A stretch of DNA of 44,651 nt from Octopus sinensis (Eukaryota): NCBI RefSeq assembly GCF_006345805.1, contig NW_021834862.1, positions 1 to 44,651 of the forward strand, given 5' to 3'. The notes beneath the pieces were generated by a model, which saw only the letters and a program-made list of their open reading frames with translations, had not been told where the DNA came from and did not search any database. A program made the translations under genes and the position numbers. Positions 1-11,931 of this stretch are shown here, in pieces. Every line of letters begins with the position of its first letter. Positions within the stretch are counted from its first letter, which is position 1.

Positions 1-890
1 AAGAGACAAAAGAGAGAGAGAGTAAAAGTGACACGGAAAGAGGAGAAAGAAAGAGAGAGAGAAAAAGGGTAAAGAGAGAGAAAGTGAGAAAAGAAAGAGA
101 AGTATAGGAATGAAAGAGGGAGATAGAGAGTGAAAGATTGAGAGAAAGAGGAAAGAAAACGAGAAAGAGAGTGAGAGACAAAGAGAGAAAACCGAGAGAG
201 AGAGAGAGTAAAAGAGACACGGAGAGAGGAGAAAGAAAGAGAGAAAGAAAAAGGGGAAAGAGAGAGAATGTGAGAAATGAAAGAGAAGGATAGAAATGAA
301 AGAGGGAGATAGAGAGAGAAAGAAGGAGAGAAAGAGAGTGAGAGACAAAGAGACAAAAGAGAGAGAGAGTAAAAGAGACACGGAGAGAGGAGAAAGAAAG
401 AGAGAGAGAAAAAGGGGAAGAGAGAGAGAAAAGTAGAAAAGTAAGAGTAGAAAAGAAATGAATGAGGGAGATAGAGAGTGAAATATTTGGATAAATATTA
501 AAGAAACGAGAAAGAGAGAAAAGAGAGAGAGAGAGTAAAAATAGACAGGGAGATAGAGAAAGAGATCAGAGAAAAAGGGGAAAGAGAGAGAAAGTGAGAA
601 AAGAAAGAAGAAGTTAGTAATGAAAGGAGGATAGAGAGTGAAAGATTGAGAGAAAGAAGAAAGAAAACGAGAAAGAGAGTGAGAGACAAGAGAGAAAAGA
701 GAGAGAGAGTAAATGAGACACGGAGAGAGGAGAAAGAAAGAAGAGAGAAGGTAAATAGAGAGAAAGTGAGAAAAAAGAGAAAGGTATAGGGAATGGAAGA
801 GGGAGATAGAGAGAGAAAGAAAGGAGAAAGAGGAAAGAAAACGAGAAAGAGAGTGAGAGACAAAGAGAGAACAGTGAGAGAGAGTGAGAG
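1..890. repeat. GA-rich polypurine tract organised as a degenerate ~160-185 bp tandem repeat
   Basis: Almost all A/G on the + strand. The landmark ACACGG/ACAGGG recurs at 31, 217, 378, 545 and 718. Confidence 0.85.
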
Positions 891-937
891 AAAATGGAAT
901 TTCTCTATTTCACATGTCCTCACTTTCTTCATTACAG

Positions 938-1095
938 ATTAATAAACCTATTGATGGATTTGGAATAACTCCTTTAATGTTGGCCTCTCAAGTGGGCGCC
1001 GATAGAAGAATCATCGACATTTTGATAAAAGCTGGTGCGAAGTTAGAAGCGAAAGACAGATGGGGTCAGACAGCTTTGCATTGGGCTGTGTTTGG
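938..1095 (+). CDS. Ankyrin-repeat/RING gene, first exon visible in window (INKPIDGFGITPLMLAS...GQTALHWAVFG)
   Basis: Pyrimidine tract plus CAG acceptor ending 937 and GTAAG donor at 1096. Contains ankyrin TPLMLA and TALHWA motifs. Phase 0 to phase 2. Confidence 0.92.
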
Positions 1096-1293
1096 GTAAG
1101 TTGAGAATCAAGTAAAATCTGCAGATGTGTTTTTGTTTGTAAATTTGTTGCAATTGCAGACACAGGTTCAATATCCAAACAGGCCAGAGTTGTGGGACAA
1201 CATCACAACAGCAGACTAGCAAACAACAACAACAAGCTTCTCTTTAGTCATCGATCCAAGTCATTAGTCATTATTCAATCATAACAATCCCCA

Positions 1294-1791
1294 TGATGAT
1301 GATGATAACGGCGATGATGATGACGATGACGGTATTGATGATGTCGATCATGATGATGGTGTTGTTGATTATGATGATGATGATGATGATGGAGGCGATG
1401 ATGGTGATGCTGCTGCTGCTGATGATGATGATAATGATAATGATGATGATGATGATAACGACGATGATGATGATGACGATGATGATGATGACTGTGATTA
1501 TGCCGATGATGATGATTATAATTATAGTGGCGATGAATGATGATGATGACGACGATGATGATGATGATTATGATGATGACGATGATAACCACGATGATGA
1601 AGCTGATGATGGTGATGGTGTTGATGATTATGATGATGATGATCATGATGTTGATGATAACGACGATGATGAAGATGACGATGGTGATGGTGATGATGAT
1701 GATTATGATGATGATGACGATAATGATGATGATGACGACCATGATGATGATGATAACGACGATAATGAAGTTGATGAAGATGTTGATAATA

Positions 1792-1827
<36 letters not shown>

Positions 1828-2408
1828 TGGATGATGATGATGATGATGACGACAATGATTATTATGATGATTATCGTGATGATGACGACGATGATGATGA
1901 TTATGATGTAATTATTATGATGATAATGATGTTATTATTATGATGATGATGATGATAATGATGATGATGATGATATTGATGAGGTTGATCTTGCTGTTGA
2001 TGATGATGATAGATGCGATGATGATGATGATGATGACGATGATGATGACGATGATGATGATGGTGATGATGATGATGATGATGATGATAATGATGATGAT
2101 GATATTAATGAGGTTGATCTTGCTGTTGATGATGGTGTTGATGATGATGATGATGATTATGATTATAGTGGTAATGAATGATGATAATATTGATTATGAT
2201 GATATTGGAGATGTCGAAGATGATAATGATGATGATGGTGTTGGCAATGAGGGTGATGATGATGAAGGCTCTGATGATGATGATGATGATGATGATCATT
2301 TTGTCAATGATGGAGGTGGTGGCAATGATGATGATGGTAATGATGTTGATGAACACGATATTGATGATAATAGTGCAGGTGATAATGATGATGATGATGA
2401 TGACGATA
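1294..2408. repeat. (GAT)n-type trinucleotide microsatellite, intronic
   Basis: Directly visible. Produces the poly-Met, poly-Asp and poly-Ile/His ORFs in the track. Confidence 0.97.
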
Positions 2409-2481
2409 ATGTTTCGTCTCAAAGCCAAAATATTTTCATATTTAATGTAAATTAGTCAATGTTTCTATCTTTTACCCTCAG

Positions 2482-2527
2482 GAATCACCTTCAAGCAGTG
2501 GAGATATTATTATCTCGGGGAAGTGAG
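2482..2527 (+). CDS. Ankyrin/RING gene exon ((G)NHLQAVEILLSRGSE)
   Basis: TTTACCCTCAG acceptor ending 2481 and GTAAGT donor at 2528. Phase 2 to 0 completes the ankyrin repeat begun in the previous exon. Confidence 0.9.
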
Positions 2528-2877
2528 GTAAGTATCTTATTTATATCCTTTCGTATGTTCTACTGAAGACGAAAGAATCTATTATGAGATTAATTTCGAA
2601 ATTGATTCAATATAGAAATAACGAACTTTTAAAAAAACATTCTATCGTCCGGCTTCTCCCGGTTTCAGTTCTTCGTGATTTTTTTCTGTAGCGAGTAAAT
2701 AATATGTGGAAATTGACGATTTAAAAGTCTCTTATCAGCAAATTGTCATTGAAATACTTTTCTTTAGCCCTTATTTATAAGTTGTTTATAATTTAACTGT
2801 AAAGTTATTTTAATATGCTGCCACATTTTTTGATGGAATATTTTTCTGTAAAAAAAACTTCATCCTATATTAGTATG

Positions 2878-2914
<37 letters not shown>

Positions 2915-2915
<1 letters not shown>

Positions 2916-2966
2916 CAAAAACTGTCTGATGAACGGCAACGAGAAACTCAGATTAACAGATTTTGC
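2915..2966 (+). ncRNA. Degenerate minimal type I hammerhead ribozyme-like motif
   Basis: CUGAUGA at 2926-2932 and GAAA at 2943-2946. Stem I GCAAAAACUGU/ACAGAUUUUGC gives 10 bp with one A.A mismatch. Stem II has a GCAA loop but an A.A closing pair, and stem III has one mismatch. Confidence 0.55.
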
Positions 2967-3131
2967 TGCTTTAAATAAAGTATATATATATATATATATA
3001 TTAGTATATTATATATATATATATATATATACACATATATATATATATATAAATATGTATGCACACGTATATATGAGTATGTACACACACCACACACACA
3101 CCCACACACACACACACACACACACACATAC

Positions 3132-3175
<44 letters not shown>

Positions 3176-3399
3176 TTCTTGAGCCCCCGTATTTTCCCCC
3201 ATATCTTTCTGGTGTTTCCTACTTTTTAATGATAATCATTGATTTTCGATGACGATTATGTTGAGAAAACAGAAGCATTTGATTAGTTTCAAACCAATCA
3301 CAACTCCAGAGATAATCGTTGATTAAGACATTGAAAGGGATGGATTTTCAGAAAATTTCATTAAGAAATGTTTATATTAAAAAGCTTCATGAGGAACAT

Positions 3400-3493
<94 letters not shown>

Positions 3494-3495
<2 letters not shown>

Positions 3496-3644
3496 CACAA
3501 GAATGGCTGTGTGGTAGTCGCTTGCTTACAACCACATGGTTCCGGTTCAGTCCCACTTGGGCAAGTGTCTTGTACTTTAGCCTCGGGCCGACCAAAGCCT
3601 TGTGAGTGGATTTGGTAGACGGAAACTGGAAGAAGCCCGTCCTA

Positions 3645-3681
<37 letters not shown>

Positions 3682-3895
3682 TTGTGTGTTTGAGTGTGCG
3701 TGTTTGTTACTCACCATCGCTTGACAACCGATGCTGGTGTGTTTACGCCCCCGTAACATAGCGGTTCGGCAAAGAGATCGATAGAATAAGTACTAGACTT
3801 ACAAAGAATAAGTCCTGGTCGCAATTTCCTCGACTAAATGTGGTGCTCCAGCATGGCCACAGTCAAATGATGGAAACAAGCAAAAGAGTAAAAAA
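3494..3895 (+). mobile_element. tRNA-like SINE with internal (TA)/(TG) microsatellite
   Basis: Head GGCTGTGTGGT...GGTTCAGTCCC and tail GCTCCAGCATGGCCACAGTCA are shared with the copies at 3984 and 8780. Confidence 0.75.
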
Positions 3896-3922
3896 GATCT
3901 ATTTACACACACACACACACAC

Positions 3923-3976
<54 letters not shown>

Positions 3977-3983
3977 TGAGAGA

Positions 3984-4472
3984 GGCGCAGGTGTGGCTGT
4001 GTGGTAAGTAACTTGCTTACCAACCACATGGTTCCCGGTTCATTTTCACTGCATGGCAAAATGTACAAGTGTCTTCTGCTATAGCCCCAGGCTGAGCAAA
4101 CCTTCTGAGTGGATTTGGTAGATGGAGACTGAAAGAAGCTCGTCGTATGTATATATATATAAATATGTATAAATCTATATATGTGTGTGTGTGTGTACAT
4201 ATATATATAGATATACATATGAGTTTGTGTATGTGTGTGTGTGTTATGTGTCTCTGTGTGTACATGCGTGTGTTTGTGTGTCTGTGTTTGTCCCCCAACA
4301 TCGCTTGACAACCGATGCTGGTGTGTTTACGTCCCCGTAAACTAGCATTTCTGCAAAAGAAATGAATAAAATAAGTACTAGGCTTACTGGGGTCGATTTG
4401 CTCGACTAACGACAATGCTCCAGCATGGCCACAGTCACATGACTGACACAAATGCAAGAATAAAAGAATAAA
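3984..4472 (+). mobile_element. Second copy of the same SINE family
   Basis: Colinear with 3494-3895, including TCGCTTGACAACCGATGCTGGTGTGTTTACG. Confidence 0.75.
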
Positions 4473-4505
4473 TGTAACTGTGAACATACACACACGCGAA
4501 CACAC

Positions 4506-4536
<31 letters not shown>

Positions 4537-4819
4537 GCTGCTCTATGTGTTTATTTATTGAATTATTCATCCTATATATATGAGTGTGTGTGTGTGTATG
4601 TATATAAATATATTTATATGCACATATGTATGTGTGTATACGCGTGTGTGTATATACAATAGAAATCTCCATTACCTACTCCCCACCCCAATCATTCCAC
4701 CTGTTTAATTAATTTCATTCCTTCTCTTCTCTTTTTCTGTGAGTTTTTCTTTTAATTCTTCACCACCCGACTCCCCTTTCAGACACCATTTTTAATGTTT
4801 TTATTCTTTTCTTTATCAG

Positions 4820-4974
4820 GTTAATCCTCGAAATGAATATGGTCAAACACTGCTGCACTGGGCCTGTTATTGGGGATCCTTGCACACTGTCGAGCTGTTG
4901 TTGGGTCACAATGGCATCGATGCCAATGTGGTTGCCAACAATGGAGACACACCACTGCATGAGGCAGTTCGGGG
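4820..4974 (+). CDS. Ankyrin/RING gene exon (VNPRNEYGQTLLHWAC...GDTPLHEAVRG)
   Basis: CTTTATCAG acceptor ending 4819 and GTAAGT donor at 4975. Two ankyrin motifs. Phase 0 to 2. Confidence 0.93.
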
Positions 4975-5604
4975 GTAAGTCCCCATTGGATCTGGAATAT
5001 CCAAATCTGTTTCTTTTACGTTTTCAATAATGTTTGTTTCTTTTTCATTCAGTCATTCATGTCATAATCCCACCATGGGGTCATTGTCTTTCTATTCTCT
5101 TTCGCACTGTAATCTACTTTATTAATTAATCATCACCATAATTGTTATTGTTGCCTGACTGGACACATTACGTCATCTCGTTCTCCATTTCCTCAACGTC
5201 ACAGGTTCAAATCCTCTCTCTTCTTCTTTTCATCCCATCTAGAACTACTTTCTCTCTCTCTCTCTCTCTATCTCTCTTTCTTCCTCACTCTCTCTCCTTT
5301 GAAGTTTCCCTATTTACTCGGACCCTGGGCTAAATACAGAATCATCCCCTTACAGTATTTATATTTGTCTCTTTTATGTTCCATGTTCAAATCCTACCAG
5401 AATATTTACTATCACTCTGGGGTCAATATAATCTGTACCAGTAATACCCAGGGGTTCCTTTAATAAACTGTCTTCCTTCTTTTCTCTTGTTCTTGTTTCT
5501 TATTACTTTCAGGGGAAATAAATTGTGTTATTTTATTTACGACTCTTTACGTTCAGTGTGTGTGTGTGCCTAAGTATAGAACTTAAATACTGGAAAACTC
5601 ACTA

Positions 5605-6726
5605 AGATGATGATGATGAGGAGGAGGATAATGATGATGGTAATGATGATGATGATAATGATAATGATGATGATGATGATGATGATGATTATGATGATAA
5701 TGATGATGAGGATGAAGTTGATGATAATGATAATGATGATGATGATGATGATAGGAGGAGGATGAGGATGATGATGATGATGATGAGGATGATGAGGATG
5801 ATGATGATGATGAGGATGATGAGTATGAGAATGATGATAATGATGATGATGATGATGATGAGGATAATGATGATGATGATGAGGATGATGATGATGAGGT
5901 GATGAGATGATGATGAGGATGATGATGAGGATGAGGAGGATGATAATGATGATGATGCAGATGATGATGATGATGAGGATGATGATGGATGACGATGATG
6001 ATGATGATGATGATGAGGATAACGACGACGATGATGATGATGATGAGGAGGAGGAGGATGATGATGATGATGATGATGATGATGTTAATGATGTTGAGGA
6101 TGATGATGATGATGATGATTATGATGATGATGATGATGAGGATGATGATTAGGAGGAGGATGATGATGATGATGCTGATGATGATGATGCTGATGATGAT
6201 GACGATGATGATGATGATGATGATGATGATGAGGATGATGAGGATGATGACGATGAGGATGATGATGATGATGATGATATGATGTGAGGATGATGATGAT
6301 GAGGAGGAAGATGATGATGATGATGATGATGATTAGGAGGAGGATGATGATGATTATGATGATGATGATGATGATGATGATGAAGATAATGATGATGATG
6401 AGGATGATTGATGATGATGACGATGATGATGTGATTAATGATGATGATGATGATGATGATTGATGATGATGATGATGATGATGGATGATGATGAGATGAT
6501 GATAATGATGATGATGATTATGATGATAATGATGATGAGGATGATGATAAGGATGAGGATGATGATGATGATGATGATGATAATGATGATGATGAGGATG
6601 AAGATGAGGATGATGATGATGAGGATAATGATGATGATGATGTGGATGATGATAAGGATGAGGATGATGATGATGATGATGATGAGGATGATGATGATGA
6701 TGATGAGGATATTGATGATGATGATG

Positions 6727-6766
<40 letters not shown>

Positions 6767-7986
6767 GGATGAGGATGAGGATGATGATGATGAGGATGAG
6801 GATGATGAGGATAATGATGATGATGATGATGATGATGAGGATTATGATGATAATGATGATGATGATGATGAGGAGGAGGAGGATGATGATGATGATGATG
6901 ATAATGATGATAATGATGATGAGTATGATTTTATTATTATGATGATGATGATGATGATGACGATGATGATGACGATGATGATGATGATGATGATGATGCT
7001 GATGAAGATGATGATAATGATGATGATGATGAGGAGGAGGAGGATGATAATGATGACGATGATGATGATGATGATAAAGCTGCTGCTGATGATGATGATG
7101 AGGATTATGAGGATGGAAGATGATGATGATGATGATGTTGATGATGATGATGACGATGAGGATGATGAAGATGATGATGATGATGATGATGATGAGGATG
7201 ATGAGGATGATAATGATGAGGAGGAAGATGATGATGATGATGATTAGGAGGAGGATGATGATGATTATGATGATGATGATGCTGATGATGATGAGATATG
7301 ATGATTGATGATGAGGAGGATGGAAGATGATGATGATGATAATGATGATGATGAGGATGAGATGATGATGATGATGATGATGATGAGGATGATGATAAGG
7401 ATGAGGATGATGATAAGGATGATGATGATGATGATGATGATAATGATGATGATGATGATGATGATGAGGATGAAGATGATGATGATGAGGATAATAATGA
7501 TGATGATGAGCAGGAGGATGATGATGATGATGTGGATGATAACAATGATGATGATAATGATGATGAGGATAATGATGATGATGATGAGGAGGAGGAGGAG
7601 GAGGAGGATGATGATGATAATGATGATAATGATGATGATTACGACGATGATGATGATGATAATGATGATGATGATAATGATGATGAGTATGATGATATTA
7701 TATGATGATGATGGTGATGATGATGATTACGATGATGATGATGATTGATGATGATGATGACGATGATGATGATGATGATGATGATGATGAGGAGGAGGAT
7801 TATGAGGATGGAAGATGATGTTGATGATGATGATGACGATGAGGATGATGAAGATGATGATGAGGATGATGATGATGAGGATGCTGATGATGATGAGGAT
7901 GATGATGATGATGAGAATGATAATGATGATAATGATGATGATGCTGATGATGATGATAATGATGATGATGATGATGATGATGATTA
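5605..7986. repeat. ~2.4-kb (GAT)/(GAG)n microsatellite, intronic
   Basis: Directly visible. Contains internally duplicated variant blocks (about 7100-7170 vs 7795-7860). Confidence 0.97.
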
Positions 7987-8446
7987 TCTTCTTTCTTATT
8001 ACTTTTGAAGAAAATAAATTGTGTTATTTTATTTACGACTCTTTACGTTCAGAGTTCAAATCCTGCCAAGGTCAACTTCTCCTTCCATCTTTGCAAGGTT
8101 GATAAAATACAATACCAGTGATGTACTGGGGTTCATATGATTACCTGTAGCCCTTCTTTCCTTCCTAAATTTCATGTTTATATAAGCTGTCAGAATTCTT
8201 AGAAGTATTTTTCCTGTCTTTACATTTCTGGGTTTACTCAGGTGTGTATATATCATTGTTCTACTGTGTAGAGTGTGTATTGAATAAATATATATGTGTG
8301 TGTGAGTATGTGTGTAATAATTGCTGTAATTAAGTTATTGTGATCTAATTACATTTGTTTTCTTTAATGACCTAATAATTATTATCTCAAGCTGTGTGAT
8401 GTTTGCTTTTTTTTCATGTTTTTCTTTCCTCATCCAATCCTTTCAG

Positions 8447-8483
8447 TTGCAAGTATGAAGTGGTGTCTGTGATGCTGTCCAAG
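8447..8483 (+). CDS. Ankyrin/RING gene exon ((G)CKYEVVSVMLSK)
   Basis: Long pyrimidine tract plus CAG ending 8446 and GTTAGT donor at 8484. Phase 2 to 0 fits both neighbouring exons and ankyrin helix 2. Confidence 0.82.
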
Positions 8484-8779
8484 GTTAGTTAATAAATATA
8501 TATTATATACACTCTCCAGTATTATATTGATCTGTATAATATAAATATTACCAATGTACCAGTGAAATAATGGGGATGGATTTAATCACATGTACTACAA
8601 AACCCATGTGTTTGTGGAGGAATTGTATATTGATAATGTTGATGTTGATATTAGCGGTGTTGACAGTCCAACTGACCACCACCACTGATAGTAATATCTT
8701 TAATGGTCAAATGAAACAAGGTCATTATGAGATGAACCAAAATATAACAGACATCATGTATATATATATATATTAATTG

Positions 8780-9146
8780 TTTCAGGCATTTGACTGCGGC
8801 CATGCTGGGGCATCACCTTGAATTTTTAGTCAACTGCATCGATCCCAGTCCTTTCTTTTATTTTAAGCATATCACTTATCCTCTCAGCCTCTTTACCGAA
8901 CCGCTACACACACACACACACACACATATGCAAACACTAACTCACACACACACACATACATGGGCACACACATAGACACACACCTGTTATGAAGCTTCTT
9001 TCAGTTTTCATTTCCCAAATCCGCTTATAAGATTTTCTTCAGCCCTAGGTAAGAGTAGAATATACTTGCCTGAGTTTCCATGCAGAGGGATTCAACGTGG
9101 AACCGTATATGGTTGGGAAAAAAGCTCCTTACACTACAACCATGTA
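8780..9146 (-). mobile_element. Degraded inverted copy of the same SINE family
   Basis: The reverse complement matches the SINE tail (CCCCAGCATGGCCGCAGTCAAA) and head seen at 3494 and 3984, with an internal (CA)n. Confidence 0.6.
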
Positions 9147-9162
9147 TATATGGATGTGTGTG

Positions 9163-9180
9163 TCTATCTATTTCTTTCTT

Positions 9181-9234
<54 letters not shown>

Positions 9235-9524
9235 CATCTATTTATCTATCTATCTATCTATCTATCTGTCTATCTGTCTGTCTGTCTCTCTATCTCTCTC
9301 TCTGTCTATCTATCTATCTATCTATCTATATATCTATCTATCTATCTGTCTGTCTGTCTCTCTATCTCTCTCTCTGTCTATCTATCTATCTATATCTATC
9401 TATCTATCTATATCTATCTATCTATCTATCTATCTGTCTGTCTGTCTCTCTATCTCTCTCTCTGTCTATCTATTTATCTATCTATCTATCTATCTGTCTG
9501 TCTGTCTCTCTATCTCTCTCTCTG

Positions 9525-9587
<63 letters not shown>

Positions 9588-9676
9588 GTCTGTCTGTCTC
9601 TCTATCTCTCTCTCTGTCTATCTATCTATCTCTCTCTCTGTCTATCTATCTATCTATTTATCTATCTATCTATCTG

Positions 9677-9721
<45 letters not shown>

Positions 9722-9752
9722 ATATCTGTCTGTCTGTCTCTCTATCTCTCTG

Positions 9753-9794
<42 letters not shown>
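9163..9794. repeat. Compound (TATC)/(TGTC)/(TC) microsatellite
   Basis: Directly visible. Lies immediately 5' of LINE copy 1. Confidence 0.96.
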
Positions 9795-9800
9795 ATAGAC

Positions 9801-11494
9801 AAAAACTACGAAGCGGTGACAGGAGCAAAAATCAACCGGGAAAAGTCAGTGGGCTTGCGACTCAGCACCTGGAGAAGCAAGCCCATGCCGTCCACCAGCG
9901 CCTCCGTCGTGGGACGCTGGACCGACGGCCCGGTTGAGTTGCTCGGGGTCTGGTTTGGTCCAGACCTCCAAGTGGAGAAGAACTGGAACGAGATAACGAG
10001 TAGGGTGGTCACTCTCGCCCGGCAATGGGCCAAGAGGAAACTGTCCCTAAAATGTCGGGCGGAGGTGGCGAACACGTACATCGCGTCCGTCATCTACTAC
10101 CGCCTGACCGTCGTACCTTGTCCCGACCCTACCAGCACCAAACTACAACGCATCCTCTTTCGCTTCTTGTGGAAAGGATGCGTCCCGATGGTCAGGTGAT
10201 CCATTTGCTGTCAACACCCGTTAAAAGGAGGGCTGGGTATGCCGTGGTTGATGATGCGCAGACACGCGCTGAGACTGCGACATCTCTGGCTCTATGTAGA
10301 CGACGGTGAACAGGTGTGGTCGCCGTTTGTGAGGCACGCTTTCCCGCAGCTCGTCTCCATGACCGAACTGCAGTCGTGGATCAAAAAGAGGCCGAGGAAG
10401 GGCGAATGGCACCGCGAGTGTCGCGTTGCTCTCAAGCAACTCTGCCGTCCTGGGTCGACCTTGAGTGACTTCAACACAACCAAAGCATTCTATAGGGGTT
10501 TAGTGGAGGGGAGGTACGAAGACGAGCTCGGGGCGAACCTGGACGTCGACGAGGAGTACCTGACCCGCCTGTTCAGGACGACTTTCGGGCCAGGGCCCAT
10601 GGACAACTTCCAGAGATCCCTGGCCTGGCAGTGCTACCGAGAAGCGCTACCCGTTCGGGATAAGCTCTACAGACACGGCTCGAGAAACACGGGGCCGACC
10701 TGCCCGAGATGCGGTCAGAGCGACGAAACCGTTCTGCACGCACTCGTGCAGTGTCCAACAATTTCCGACCTGTGGGCTTATGTCGAACAACTGCTGTCAC
10801 GTGTGGGACGAGTTGGTTTATCAGCTGAGTCTATCGTTAATATTGTCACGCCTCCCTCCTTCAAACGGGAAGGAAGAGCTATTTTCATCATCCTTGTGGC
10901 TATGGCGAAAGAATGTATCTGGTGGACGCGTCTGAAAGGATTGGAGACAAACACTTTCCTCTCTGGTCAATCTCTCATCAACTTCTTCAAGTACGACTTG
11001 AAAAGGAAAGTGAGAGTAGAGAGGCAAGTTTTGTCTAGCGAATGTTTTAAAAAAAGATGGGTGAATATAGCAAGAATGGCACGTATGAATGACGAAGCCA
11101 CCTTGAGCATGATCCTATGAACCCAGAAATTGAAAACAGAGAGTTGCTTATTTGCAAAAAAAAAAAAAAAAGAAATATAACATGTGACTCCATTGACCGA
11201 GGTTACCGTTATCTTTTCCGTAGGCTTTTCTTTCCACGGGTAAACCTCACCTGTCCTCCCCTTTACACTTCATATTGACATTTCTGTGATAACGATCCCT
11301 ATTGATCAAATTTTTTTTTTTCCTCTCCCCCTTTTTTTTAACCCCCCTTTTTTTGTCCTCTTTCTCTCCTTTTACGATCCCTTTTGATCGAAACTCCCCC
11401 TTCCTTTTTTTTTTTTTTTAAACCTTCAAAAGAAAAGCTCTACCTTGTAATTTGTTCTATCTGTGTGCAGCCCTGTGTGGCTAATAAAGAAACA
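9801..11494 (+). mobile_element. Tx1/L1-group LINE copy 1, 5'-truncated (end of RT, C-terminal zinc finger, 3'UTR)
   Basis: Near-identical to 16073-17760. In-frame TGA at about 10197 where copy 2 has CGA. Ends AATAAAGAAACA then (TATC)n. Confidence 0.93.
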
Positions 11495-11531
<37 letters not shown>

Positions 11532-11656
11532 GTCTGTCTCTCTATCTCTCTCTCTGTCTATCTATATGTCTGTCTGTCTCTCTATCTCTCTCTCTGTCTA
11601 TCTATCTATCTATCTATCTGTCTGTCTGTCTCTCTATCTCTCTCTCTGTCTATCTC

Positions 11657-11707
<51 letters not shown>
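11495..11707. repeat. (TATC)n compound tract between LINE copies 1 and 2
   Basis: Directly visible. Confidence 0.95.
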
Positions 11708-11931
11708 GCTCTCACAATGGACGGATGCTAGTCATATCGGCTCCACGTAAGTTGGCCACTTTTACATGTTTAAAACTGCTTGTTGTCAAATATTTTGTTT
11801 TAATCGTCGTGCAATTTCATTCACTAAAAAACCTGAGAATTATTCACGTAGAATTCCGCCCCTGTATGGGCGAAATTACAAAAAAACTTTCAAAACTTTC
11901 GTGGGTTTTTTAGCCATTTTTCATTTTGAAA

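Noticed and set aside
2555-2600. CTGAAGA-C-GAAA as a hammerhead core
   Set aside because: No stem II and no stem I pairing could be built.
1275-7750. Long poly-Met, poly-Asp and poly-His ORFs
   Set aside because: They are translations of intronic (GAT)n tracts. The flanking exons chain in phase without them.
9005-9050. Minus-strand CTGAAGA...GAAA with a 5-bp hairpin
   Set aside because: No stem III or cleavage triplet, and the segment is explained as degraded SINE sequence.
9066-9937. Long YLSI-repeat ORFs (also 11384-11913 and 19154-20527)
   Set aside because: Stop-free frames of (TATC)n microsatellites, partly fused to LINE fragments.
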